From Octopus bimaculoides (Eukaryota), in contig NC_069002.1 in NCBI RefSeq assembly GCF_001194135.2, positions 36,864,807 to 36,925,486 on the forward strand: a DNA stretch of 60,680 bases, read 5' to 3'. The position numbers and the translations under genes were made by a program. Shown piece after piece: positions 24,111-35,535 of the stretch. How positions within the stretch are numbered: position 1 is the first letter of the stretch; every line of letters begins with the position of its first letter. The notes under the pieces were generated by a model. That model had not been told where the DNA came from, did not search any database, and saw only the letters and a list, made by a program, of their open reading frames with translations.

Positions 24111-25007
24111 CTATAGAGAAGACATGAAAATAAAATAGAAAAATTCTTTATTAGACAATATCAAAGTTTAGAACAAGAACAGTCTGAAATATTTTTGTTT
24201 GAGAAAATGTTTCTTCATGACATGAGTAATTCATTCATTTCTTCATCTCTCCCTTCTACCCATGATGTCTAGAGGGTCACGGTAGGTAGAGCCCACAGAA
24301 AAGCTCTGCTATAGGACTTCTTAGAAGTTACCATCATTAGACTTACTTGCTGGATTCCAAAACATGACCAATTGAAACTATGAATCAAACCATCTCATTC
24401 TCAATCTACTCTTAGGTCTCTTGCCAGTTGGTTTGGTTTGAAGAATCTTTCCTGTGACATTTTAATCTTATGTCTGTAGTACCAAAACTGTGACCTCTCA
24501 GTGCAGAGAAGTAGTGACTCAGCTTAGAGAGACTCCCTGAGCTTCGATCTACATGCATGAATAACTAAATGATAAAAATAATTTTTTAGAAACTATTTCT
24601 TGAAGAATAATTCTATGAGGAATATTTATTTAGAAAATATTTGTTTAATTCCTCCTGTTTTTTCTCACTTTCTTGGATCAAGTGTTTTACTGGGGTAATA
24701 AAAACTTAACTGTCCTGAATTAGAATTCTTAAGAAAGATGGTGAATAACAGAATTGGTGAAGCAATTAACTGTTCAGTCATGGAAGGGAGAGATCGGTGG
24801 GACGATGAGAGAAAGTTATCATGAAAGATACCCAAGGACCAGACAGTTGTGTTAAACTAGATGATGGATGACAGCCAGCAGCCAAGAAATCGGAGCACAA
24901 AGGGTTGGAATAAATCCCCCATGGCACCTCATCCAGTACTCTAACAGTTTCACTAATTCATTGCACCCTGATTTGGGATTTCGTTTTAATATTTCTTGGA
25001 AAGAAAG

Positions 25008-25211
25008 TGGTGAACTGGCAGAATTGTCAGCATGCTGGGCAAAATGCAGTTCATTTTGTGTTCAGTTTCTGAGTTCAAATCCCGTTGAGGTTGCCTTTGC
25101 CTTTCATCCTTTCGGGGTCAATAAAGAGAGTACCAGTTGAGGACTGGGGTCGGTGTAATCGACTTACCTTCGACCCTAAAATTGCTGGCCTTCTGTTTAA
25201 AATTTGAAATC
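25008..25211 (+). mobile_element. tRNA-derived SINE (OR-like) with 20-bp target-site duplication
   Basis: Head tggtgaactggcagaattgtcagc...gagttcaaatccc. It is flanked by identical aatatttcttggaaagaaag at 24988-25007 and 25212-25231. Confidence 0.8.
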
Positions 25212-25660
25212 AATATTTCTTGGAAAGAAAGCAGAGTTAACCTTGATGGGATTTGAATTCAGAGTGTAGCCAGGTGACTCTGCTAATTTGACATATTGCC
25301 AATGTAAGGAATTATTAATTTGAAAGACAGCACTGTAGAATGACTAACATCCTTATTGTCTTTATATTCACCCCTCTACATTTCTGATTTCAAATCTCAC
25401 CAGGGGCAAAAGCATAAATGTACTGGGCTTTGATAAATCTACTTTGAGCCTTTCAACCATCTGTCCAAAATTTGTGCCAACATTAGCAACCAACATCATA
25501 TTTGCTTTTTATCTTTCCAAAGTCGATAAAATGAAGTACCAGTCAAATATCAGAGTGGATTTCATTGACAATATCCCTCCTTCAGAAGAAAGGTGACTCT
25601 GGACCCATTATATTTAAAGCTATATTAAAACTAACACAAACTGGAATAAATTTTACATAC

Positions 25661-25838
25661 ATTTGAGCTGGGAATGGAAATTGGAACTGGCATCAGCTCT
25701 GACTTTGGATGGAGTAGCTTTTGCCCTTCTCTTTGATGTTTCACTTCTTTGTGTGGCAGCAATACAGAATAAATTGTTGAGCTGGTTAATTCCAGAGGAT
25801 GTGTCAACTCCAAATGGTTTGCTTCATGTTTAAGCATA
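25661..25838 (-). CDS. LRRIQ3: LRRIQ3 coding exon 4 (178 nt)
   Basis: Acceptor ctgttttag|T ATG (phase 2, matching the end of exon 3) and donor AAT|GTATGT (phase 0, matching exon 5). The frame is open (MLKHEANHLE...IPSSN), but the sequence itself is poorly conserved. Confidence 0.7.
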
Positions 25839-26359
25839 CTAAAACAGAGGAAAGCTTTTAAAAAATTGCTGTATTTTCTGTTGAGTGGAAATGGTAAGTA
25901 TGTGAGGGTAGTAAAGACAAGCGAAATAGTAGAGTGTTGTACCTTATTTGGTTGTATTCACTTTGGTGAGTTTAGTATTTTAGTAAATGTAAAATCACAG
26001 GACCAGAATTGGTAGCATGTAAGTATTTTATCGAAAAGGTACTGGATCTCAGCAGGAGTGTTCTGAATATTGGATTAATCTTAAATATTCAGACACTCAC
26101 AACAGTTGAGGGTAAAATGGTACCTATAAGTAATACAGCATAAAGTGCATGGGGCCTTTTTTTTTATTTGTTTCAGTCATTAGCGGCCATACTGGAACAC
26201 TGCCTTAAAGAATTTTTAGTTGAATGAATTGACTCTAGTACATTATTTTTTTTTCTAAGTCTGGTGCTCATTCTATCAGTCTCTTTTGCTGAACTGCTAC
26301 ATAATGTTCATAATGTCCCCATTCTACAAAATGTTTAAAATATTCCCATTCTACAAATT

Positions 26360-26635
26360 ACTCAACTCGACAGTGCCCCTGGACCGGCTCTTGTGCGGGT
26401 GGCACATAAAAGACACCATTTCGAGCGTGGCCGTTTTCGTGCGGGTGACACGTAAAAGCACCCACTACACTCTCTGAGTGGTTGGCGTTAGGAAGGGCAT
26501 CCAGCTGTAGAAACTCTGCCAAATCAGACTGGAGCCTGGTGTTGCCATCCGGTTTCACCAGTCCTCAGTCAAATCGTCCAACCCATGCTAGCATGGAAAG
26601 CGGACGTTAAACGATGATGATGATGATGATGATGA
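26360..26635 (+). mobile_element. 3' part of a retroposon with (GAT)n tail (RTE-related tail family)
   Basis: ...ggttggcgttaggaagggcatccagc...atggaaagcggacgttaaacgatgatgat. The same tail occurs at 44895-45105, 56080-56230, 27930-28030 and 38500-38580. Confidence 0.7.
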
Positions 26636-26699
26636 AGTGAAGTCAAGAGAAAAGTCAAAAAAATAATTTTATTGATGAATTGAAACCCATTTTAAATGG

Positions 26700-26732
<33 letters not shown>

Positions 26733-27309
26733 GTTATAGTAACGGTGATAGTTGTAATGATGATAAGTACAATTGCTATTACTACTACTACCACCAACAA
26801 TAATAATAAAGGTGATGATGATGATGATGGTAGTAGTGTTAACCATATCAACATTGACTTGATTGAAGTGTAAAATTTCTAGAAATTCAATGAAAACAAA
26901 AATGTCATTTACACCATTCCTAAATATAGCCAAACAATTATTCCTTTAGCTGCAGTCGAAGTACAGAATCCTGACATGCCCACAAAGCAGTAATTTGTTC
27001 AGCTCTCACCCCTTCCAGATTCATCTTTTTAAATAAAATTTGCAAATTTATGCACATTCAAATTATCTAAAAAAACGTACTCTGCCTGACGGTTAGCAAC
27101 AGACTAAGAGGGCTACGAAATACAGCATAACCGCTTCAAACAATGTTCATGAACTGTCTTTAAAACTTTAACAATAAGGCAATCGTTATTCTATAAAAAT
27201 AACTACTTAAATTGTAGAATGTAATAATTATATGCATTTTAACTGATTCAGCCAGGTAATTCATGAAATAACTGAATTACATACTTTAACGGTAACATAG
27301 ATATATGCA

Positions 27310-27368
<59 letters not shown>

Positions 27369-27683
27369 ACATCCCTACCACTGTGTTTGTGTGCATGCAT
27401 TTGTGTTTGTCCCTACCACTGCTTGACAACTGGTGGTCGTTTGTTTACATCCTTGTAACTTAGCAATTTGGGAAGAGACCACTGGAATATATACCAGGCT
27501 CAAAAAGAAGCACTGCATTCAATTTGTTCAACTAAACCCATCATAGTGGTGCTCCAGCATGGCCTGCAGTCCAATGACTGAAACAAGTAAAAGACAGGAG
27601 ATTAAAGATGAGAAAATTGGTAAAATTTCAAAACTGAAAAAACAAAAATGGTAAGAACAAACGGTTATTCCTGGTTCACTTAC

Positions 27684-27823
27684 TCTGCTGCTGACCGACA
27701 CCGAGAGAGGAAACCTCGAATGCATTTCTGAATAATGATTACGGGGCTGTGATGTGCCATTATCTTGTTAATTTTCCTCTTTAAATTCTTTATCTCTTCA
27801 AACTCAGTTGCATCAGAATGAAG
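27684..27823 (-). CDS. LRRIQ3: LRRIQ3 coding exon 3 (IQ motif; 140 nt)
   Basis: Acceptor attcttcag|CTT and donor GA|GTAAGT. EEIKNLKRKINKIMAHHSPVIIIQKCIRGFLSR has an IQxxxRGxxxR motif and matches LRRIQ3 EEINNIK...LAHNSPVLIVQRWIRGF as recalled. Confidence 0.9.
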
Positions 27824-29225
27824 CTGAAGAATAAAAATAACAACAAGGAAGAAGAAAATTCTTTCTGCTTTCGACAAAAGGCCTAAAATTTTGATGGAGG
27901 TGGTGGGGCAAGTCAATTACATTGATCCTAGGGTTCAACAAGCTTGATGCAGCCTTGCAACTTGCTGGTTCCTATCAAACCATCCAATCCATGACAGCAT
28001 GGAAAGTGGACATTAAATGAGGATGCTCAAATACCACAAGGTATGTTGTCCGATGGTCTAATGCAGTGTTTTCCTCCTGGTTCCACTATAACTTTCCAGA
28101 AAAATATATACTGCACCAGTGGTTGGAAAAAAACCAACTTATTTTCAATATTTCATAATTATAGACTTTCCTTAAAGAAATGTCCACACTGAGGTATTAG
28201 AATGATGTTATACTGTAGCAAACAATCTTCACACAGTAAGCTTGGCTCCAGGAATTGGTTTGGCTGAGTATAAGTGTAGTATGTTTGCTGTGAAAAAACG
28301 ATTTTCACAATTCCATATCGCACAAAAAAATAAAGGACCCCAGGCCCCACTAGTAAGGCATATGCACTATGTTGGGAATCACTGGTCTAATATTTCTGCC
28401 AGTCCAACATCTTGGACTGATATTTCATTGTATCAACAGCAAAAAGAAGGAAAGCAAAATTGGTCGTGGTGGGATTTGAACTCAGAATGCAAAGGTGTTG
28501 GAATAAATATCCTTTCTGCTATAGACACAAGACCTGAAATACATTGGCCTCAGAACTCAACAGGTAGTTTAATTTATCAATTCTAAAAAGACGAAAGGTA
28601 AAGTTGACTTTGTGGGATTTGAACTCCAAATGTAAAGACAGGCAAAATGCTTAGTTGCATTTCGTCTGCTGTTGTATTGATTCTGCCAGCTTGGAAGAAT
28701 AAATATCGCAAAGTATTTGGTCCATCAATGGAACAAGTCTGCCAATTCATCCCAACTGTTTCTTCACGAAAATGGATTCTGTATATATATATATATANNN
28801 NNNNNNNNNNNNNNNNNNNNNNNNNNNNNNNNNNNNNNNNNNNNNNNNNNNNNNNNNNNNNNNNNNNNNNNNNNNNNNNNNNNNNNNNNNNNNNNNNNNN
28901 NNNNNNNNNNNNNNNNNNNNNNNNNNNNNNNNNNNNNNNNNNNNNNNNNNNNNNNNNNNNNNNNNNNNNNNNNNNNNNNNNNNNNNNNNNNNNNNNNNNN
29001 NNNNNNNNNNNNNNNNNNNNNNNNNNNNNNNNNNNNNNNNNNNNNNNNNNNNNNNNNNNNNNNNNNNNNNNNNNNNNNNNNNNNNNNNNNNNNNNNNNNN
29101 NNNNNNNNNNNNNNNNNNNNNNNNNNNNNNNNNNNNNNNNNNNNNNNNNNNNNNNNNNNNNNNNNNNNNNNNNNNNNNNNNNNNNNNNNNNNNNNNNNNN
29201 NNNNNNNNNNNNNNNNNNNNNNNNN

Positions 29226-29283
<58 letters not shown>

Positions 29284-29789
29284 ATGTGTGTATGTATGTC
29301 TGTGTATGTGTGAATTTCTGTGTGTGTGTTTATCCATGTGTGTATATGTATGTGTGTGTGTGTGTGCATGTTTGTGTATATGTGGTTTTGCATGTGCACA
29401 TGTACGTGTATGTGCGTTTGTGTGACAGTCTAGTGATGGTGATGATGATGATGATGATTGCCCCCACTTCTTATTTCCTCTGGTTCTTATTTTATCACAT
29501 GACTAAGACATGATATCTTCTCAGACATCATGTAACTAATAGGTTGTCCATCAGTGGAATTTCAAGGAAATTTGGCTACTATTTCTAGCAAGATCAAGAT
29601 ACTCCATAAAGACTCCCTTGGTGAGATGATGATGATGGTGGTGGTGGTGGTGATGGGTGGGAATAGTGGAGGCAGTGGTGGTGCAGATGGTATCTGTTCT
29701 GGCCATTTAAGTGGTTGTAGTTTTTTGGCAGAAAATATCTAAGTTTGCATATGTTCTCTGTTTCACAATTGTCTGTTATCTCCTTATTA

Positions 29790-29873
29790 CCCACCCTTGC
29801 TCTCCTTCTCTCTCTCTCCTTCTCTCTCTCTCCTTCTCTCTCTCACCTTCTCTCTCTCTCCTTCTCTCTCTCT

Positions 29874-29908
<35 letters not shown>
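29790..29908. repeat. Compound (CT)n/CCTT microsatellite
   Basis: Repeated ctctctctccttct units running into pure (CT)n. Confidence 0.85.
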
Positions 29909-29911
<3 letters not shown>

Positions 29912-30028
29912 TGAGAGAGTATCTACTCATCTACACCCCTTCTTCTTTGACTATCTACCTCATATATATCTTATTCTGCATGTGTCTGTTCACAGGTAAA
30001 AATCATATTGGTGAATAACCAGAGTTAC

Positions 30029-30352
30029 CTGTGTCTGTTGAGGACAAAGGTCAACTTTGAGTTCCTTCCGAAAAGCAGCAAATCGATGTGACTGATTAAG
30101 ATCATTGATAATCTCCTCATCTGCAACGACAAACTGATCCAAAGCCTTCAATGAATGCAGGCTGTTGACCACGCTGTGGCGGTAGGCAATCCACAGGCTC
30201 AAAGGGGTGTCGTACAATGTGAGGGCAACAAGTTTCGGGCATCCGGATATGCTTTTCACAACTCCAAAACTTGCAAAAGCGTTGTCATGAAGATAAAGAA
30301 ATTCTAAATTCTGCATGTTTGACCATTTCAAATGATCAGGAAGGTCTGTTAT
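30029..30352 (-). CDS. LRRIQ3: LRRIQ3 coding exon 2 (LRR/LRRcap; 324 nt)
   Basis: Acceptor tcctttag|ATA and donor CAG|GTAACT. LEFLYLHDN...GCPKLVALTLYDTPLSL..AYRHSVVNSLHSLKALDQFVVADEEII is diagnostic of LRRIQ3. Confidence 0.93.
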
Positions 30353-31408
30353 CTAAAGGAGAAAGAGAGGAAAAAAATTGAATCATTATAATCATAGGAA
30401 TGGATTGATTATTTTTATAACTTTTAATCAGAAAGGCAGGGTCCAAAATCCATGATAAGGTCACCAAGACTGATGGCGGGGAGGTGGGGGGGGGGGGTTG
30501 GCTTCAAACTAGCTGAAATACAACAGTGTAGACTTCTGCTAAAGATAGCCAAAGTGGAGCCAGGTGTTGATGTTATTCTTAAAGAATGCTACTTGCTTAT
30601 CTATTTTTAATTCTTCATCTACATAAAACTGTATTGTGCGTTTGGGACTTAGAACCTGTAGATCCACCAGTTCAGTCTAAGTTGCAGAAACCAAACTTAG
30701 TGGATCTTTTCTTTTCAAATGATCAGCTTCATGTTGGTATTTCAAGAGTTGGAAATGCTGAGAGTCTCTCCATCATTGGCACCACAGGGTAAAATGGCAA
30801 ATTTGTTTATTCTGAGACTTTGGACTGAACATCTGACTAAGGAACCATGAAAATTATGTAATAATTTCTCCTTTAGTGAAGATATACAAAGATCCTATTA
30901 TTAGTCAAATAGTTCGTAATGTAGGACCAAATCTACTAATTACTGCTTTATGTTACTCTATTAAAAAATATTTATTAGCAACAGAGGCCTCTGTTTTTAT
31001 ATTTTTTTATGTTTTTTAACAAGCTCATTGGCTAACCGTGACACCAGCACTTGCTCTGGCAGTTTTTCTATACATCGTCAGCGGGAAGATGAGTCACTGT
31101 CACCTCTGGCAGTTGAGCATCCATCATTGATGAAACCATAGAAGGTGGAAATCATGTGAACTACTGGTCACAAGTGGTGGAGATTTATCTCCCCTGTTTG
31201 TAATATAAACAAGAGTGCATTTTGCACCAAAAGTCACTATGAGAGTTTTTCTCATGGTATCTACTGCAGTATAATTTGTTCTAACAGAAGATCCTCGTTT
31301 AAATGGGGATAAATATGTTACTTTGATACTCAGACATTGCAGGGTCTACTCCTGCTAGTCAAATATAAACATCTAGTTAAACTTGAAATCAGTTGTACAA
31401 TGACTTAC

Positions 31409-31747
31409 CTGGTTGCCATGAACATCAAGTTTCTGAAGATTAGGACACAACATCAGACTTGAAATATCACTGAGGAAGTTACCAGATAAATTACAAACTT
31501 GTAAATTTGTCACCAACTCGCTTAAAACTCCCAGTGTCCGTAGATGCTGGTTGTTAAAGGAGACAAACAATAGTTTATCAAAGACGACATCATCACGAAA
31601 TTTCTCTTGAAGAAACTCAAGAGTCACATCTCTGAAATAATTCTCTGTTGTTTCGAGTTTCTCTGGTTTATTTATCATCCTGGAGTTGTTACGGTTTTTG
31701 TCTTCTGTTTTCAGTGCGAAGATAACCTGATCACCAGTTGAGCCCAT
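31409..31747 (-). CDS. LRRIQ3: LRRIQ3 coding exon 1 (LRRs; 339 nt)
   Basis: ATG at 31747 (alternative ATG at 31678). ...FVSFNNQHLRTL...LQVCNLSGNFLSDISSLMLCPNLQKLDVHGNQ, then donor CAG|GTAAGT. An upstream acceptor actttacag| lies at about 31800. Confidence 0.9.
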
Positions 31748-32189
31748 CTCAAAACTTTTCCCTAGGACTGTGAAATTGTTTAGCGCTGTTAAATTGTTTT
31801 CTGTAAAGTATTAAATATTAACCCTTTTGTTACTATATTTCTGTTTAAAAAAACATCTATATTTCAGTTAATTTAAAAAATAATGAAGACTTTGTCAAAA
31901 TATCTTTGTCATTATTAAGATGGTGTTTGGAATGTAAATAAACATGAAATTTTATTGGAAGGTTCAGTTCATTTTAAATCAGAAAGTTTGTATTATAAAC
32001 CAGAGGTGGTCTCAGGTAGATTGGTGTCAAATGGGTAGATTGATGTTTTCATAATGCAACATTAGGGAATTGTGCTGCATTTTGCAAAGACCAATTAAGA
32101 TTTATAGAAAGAGAAATTATAACAGTGTTGGCCAAGAGTTTGAACATCAACATCTGTACTTTGTAGACTATGGCCAGCCGTTGTTGTCA

Positions 32190-32870
32190 TCACTGTTGCT
32201 GTCGCTACCACTGTTCTCTCCACAATTAGAGATAAGCACTTCTTGATGGAGCTGTCCTCATTCATATGCATCACATGACCATACCAGCACCATCTTCTCT
32301 TTTGCACACCACATCTGATGCCTCTTTTACCCAATTTTTCTGTCAAATCCCATACACTCAGTTGTACATGCACACTGACATTAACCATCCATTGGAACAT
32401 ATAATACTTCATTTCTTTCAAGCCTTTGCTTGTCCTCAGTAGTCATAGCCCAATGTTTCATTGCCATGTAGCATAGCCGTTCATACACATCCATCATACA
32501 ATCTGCCTTTCACTCTGAGAAAGAAGCTTTTTGTTACAAACACAGGTAAAAACTCTTTAAGCTTCACCCAGCCCATAATTATTTTAGCAGCCACACTTTC
32601 AGAACTACCTCCTCCTCCACTAACCTGGTCACCTAAATAACTGAAACTGTCTACTAGTTTTAAGGACACCCTGGACATTCGAGGGAGTTTATGTTTTGTA
32701 CCTTCCTGGTGTTTAATGCATCTGCACATCTGCTGCATATAAAGACTGCTTTCTCTGTTAACCTTCCTGTAATACTGCTGCACTTCTTATGTATCCATAC
32801 TTTGCACTGGGTACAATGGGTGGAGTTTCTACCAATACCTTTTCTCCATATCAAACAAGGTCATCTGTTC
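32190..32870 (-). mobile_element. RTE-X-like LINE ORF2 C-terminal fragment including a PHD-like finger
   Basis: RKGIGRNSTHCTQCKVWIHKKC...FICSRC, LVDSFSYLGDQVSGGGG...GWVKLKEFLP..RVKGRLYDGCV, RRWCWYGHVMHMNEDS. Confidence 0.8.
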
Positions 32871-33260
32871 AAGTACTGAGCAAAGTTGTTTAGGTCAGGA
32901 AGAGGGATGTCTTGTGGGTCTTTGTCTAGAGAGTCCTGTGGGCTCCCACACATTGCTGGTGGTGGTGGTGGCACTCTAGCCAGCATCAGTTCTATTGCCA
33001 GTGTTGGGGGTGGCCCAGCAACGGCCAGAGGCTGCTTCGCTGTTGATGTTGCTGGTAGTGGTGTTGGTGATGCAGGGACCACTTTTTTCTGCTGCCACTG
33101 CATCTGTTGCTGTTGCTTGTATATAGAGCAGTGGTCCTTCAGGTGTTTGTCATCTCCACAGAGGTAACACCTTGGCTTTCTGCCCACCACAGCAACGTAA
33201 AGCTTGGTGCCGTCGGGCAAGTTTATTGAATCGGGCACAGAATTTATGCCCTCTTGTTCA
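32861..33260 (-). mobile_element. Retroelement ORF1/gag-like fragment with CCHC zinc knuckle
   Basis: LPDGTKLYVAVVGRKPR-CYLCGDDKHLKDHC (C-x2-C-x4-H-x4-C), followed by a Q/P-rich tail, in a 125-codon open frame. Confidence 0.65.
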
Positions 33261-33545
33261 ATTTGAACAAATAATAATAATAATCTGCGTGATGACTTTT
33301 ATTAAGCAAAATGAAAGCAATATACAACGGCGAAAGTTGTAAGGAATTTTGAAGTTTTGATTAGTTTAAATGAACAAATCATGTGAGACGACAGAACAGG
33401 CAATTCAAAAAGGGAAACTTCTTTAATGATTTTTTTTTTTTTTCCTGAAAAACTACAAAACAACAAACTGTACGCTGTACGGATGTAGTTCAGTTCATGT
33501 AAATAATTAATTGCAGAAATTCAAAAACGAAAGTTTGAGATGCAC

Positions 33546-33618
33546 TAGGGTGAGTTTAGGGTTGGGGTTAAGGATTGGGTCTAGGGTTAGAGCTAGGGTT
33601 TAGGGTAGGGGTCTAGGT
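33546..33618 (+). repeat. Degenerate TTAGGG-like, G-quadruplex-prone tract
   Basis: tagggtgagtttagggttggggttaaggattgggtctagggttagagctagggttttagggtagggg: eight GGG(G) runs. Confidence 0.6.
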
Positions 33619-33993
33619 TCAATCCTTCAAGTGGATGACTGAGGGTTAATCAAATTTCTGGAACAAGTGAACAACAAAATCAGATCCAGCATGACCACCA
33701 CCTTCGTTTCCTTCTCACTCTGACAAATATTGATGTTTTTCAATATTTTCTCCCAATTATAATAACATAAACTCATTTATGCTATTAAAAAAACAATTTT
33801 TTGAAAATCTATGAATTTCTATCAACCTTAAACCTTACCGGTTGTGGGATACGCTAGAAACAATAACCAAATCTCCCTTAAATCACACACCTTTTCATCT
33901 GAGAATATTTACCTCACAAAATCGACCAAAATCGGTCTGGAGAGGGGAAGAGGATGTGGTGGTGGGAGTGGTTAAAAAATACACTATTTTTCG

Positions 33994-34024
<31 letters not shown>

Positions 34025-34345
34025 NNNNNNNNNNNNNNNNNNNNNNNNNNNNNNNNNNNNNNNNNNNNNNNNNNNNNNNNNNNNNNNNNNNNNNNNNNNN
34101 NNNNNNNNNNNNNNNNNNNNNNNNNNNNNNNNNNNNNNNNNNNNNNNNNNNNNNNNNNNNNNNNNNNNNNNNNNNNNNNNNNNNNNNNNNNNNNNNNNNN
34201 NNNNNNNNNNNNNNNNNNNNNNNNNNNNNNNNNNNNNNNNNNNTGTGTGAGCGTGTGTGTGTGAGCGTGTGTGTATGTATGTGTGCTTGTATTCGTGCAT
34301 GTATCTGTGCATATATTCGTGCATGTATATAAGCGTGTATTCGCT

Positions 34346-34379
<34 letters not shown>

Positions 34380-34507
34380 CGCGGGCGCGTCCATTTCTAC
34401 AAATTCTATATTAACAGACATGTAAAATTTGTTTGATACACTTATATCCACCTCAACTCATCGTTCAACGAAGTCTCTCTCTTCAACGGAATCACATGTA
34501 ACATTAC

Positions 34508-34590
34508 CTTTTTTCTATTTCAATGTCCGACGAACTTCGTAAACAAACACGGAAACATTTTCCACAAAGCTGTTGCTGCTTTCTTGTACC
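34508..34590 (-). other. LRRIQ3: Probable non-coding first exon of LRRIQ3 (5' boundary approximate)
   Basis: Donor AAG|GTAATG at 34508/34507 on the minus strand. The local sequence retains CpG, an X-box lies immediately upstream, and an acceptor without a partner exon lies at about 31800. Confidence 0.5.
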
Positions 34591-34598
34591 GCAGTTAC

Positions 34599-34613
34599 GT
34601 TGCTAACAGCAAC
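34599..34613. promoter_or_regulatory. RFX X-box (GTTGCT-AAC-AGCAAC)
   Basis: Perfectly palindromic half-sites that fit the GTYNCY-N0-3-RGYAAC consensus, next to the putative first exon of a ciliary/testis-type gene. Confidence 0.6.
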
Positions 34614-34714
34614 CACTAAACCTGTTACTTAGTCATATTTCCAACAACACAAAGATTAAAAGAACCGAACAATCAATATCCATCCATTTGGCAGTGAAAT
34701 GACACAATCGTAAG

Positions 34715-34890
34715 TGTACCAGTCACAATACTTGGTGGCATTTCGTCCGTTCCTACGTTCTGAGTTCAAATTCTACCGAGGTCGACTTTACCTTTTATCC
34801 TTTCGGTGTCAGTTGAACACTGGAGTCGATGTGATCGACTTAACTCCTCACCCGAAATTGTTGGCCTTCTGCCAAAATCTGAAACCAATA
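34715..34890 (+). mobile_element. tRNA-derived SINE (OR-like)
   Basis: ttctgagttcaaattctaccgaggtcgactttaccttttatcctttcgg...ggccttctgccaaaatctgaaaccaat. Confidence 0.7.
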
Positions 34891-35109
34891 TTTACACATG
34901 CAACTACATCTATGAGTATACATACATTAAACAAGACATACAAATCTGCACATGCACTGATTCCGAATATTGCCCACATACACAAACATGCACAAATACC
35001 TTGCTAATGTTCAAAAATTCCAATAAAGGAGCCTTGGATCTTGGTTAGAGACCAGCTCTTTTTCCATTGACAACACACACACATATGCAAAGGCCTTCCC
35101 TGGTGAAGA

Positions 35110-35535
35110 ATGTACCCCCACTCCTATCATAGACTAGCCATTGGTGAATTTAGACTTCAGGCAAGAAGTGTGCCACGAAGAAGACTGATCTGGAAGTTTA
35201 AGGATCCTCTGTATGGTCAGAGATTTAGGGACACCCTAATTGAGAAATTTGATGACAAGGAGGAAGGACTACATAGAAGGCAACTGAGAATTCCTTCAGG
35301 ACAGCTTGTTGAGTGCCACAGACCAAATCTGTGGCTGGTACAAAATCCCATCTAGCCCAAGGGTGATGTAGTGGTGGAATGATGTTATAGACAAGGCAAT
35401 TAGAGCAAAGAAACAGGCCTGGAAGTGTAAGGGTAACAGGGAATTGTATCAGATAGCCATAAGGGAAGCGAGGAGGCAGATGTGTTTAGCCAGGGAAGTA
35501 GCAGAAAAGAAGAAGTTTGCCAATGTTCTATGTCT
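35110..35535 (+). mobile_element. RTE-X-like LINE fragment (endonuclease-RT linker)
   Basis: IWKFKDPLYGQRFRDTLIEKFD..., AIRAKKQAWK, YQIAIREARRQMCLAREVAEKKKFANVL. Confidence 0.6.

Noticed and set aside
26845-26925. Possible extra LRRIQ3 exon (tttag|G AAT GGT..., phase-2 entry)
   Set aside because: I found no phase-2 donor to rejoin exon 4, and exons 3 and 4 already join in frame without it.
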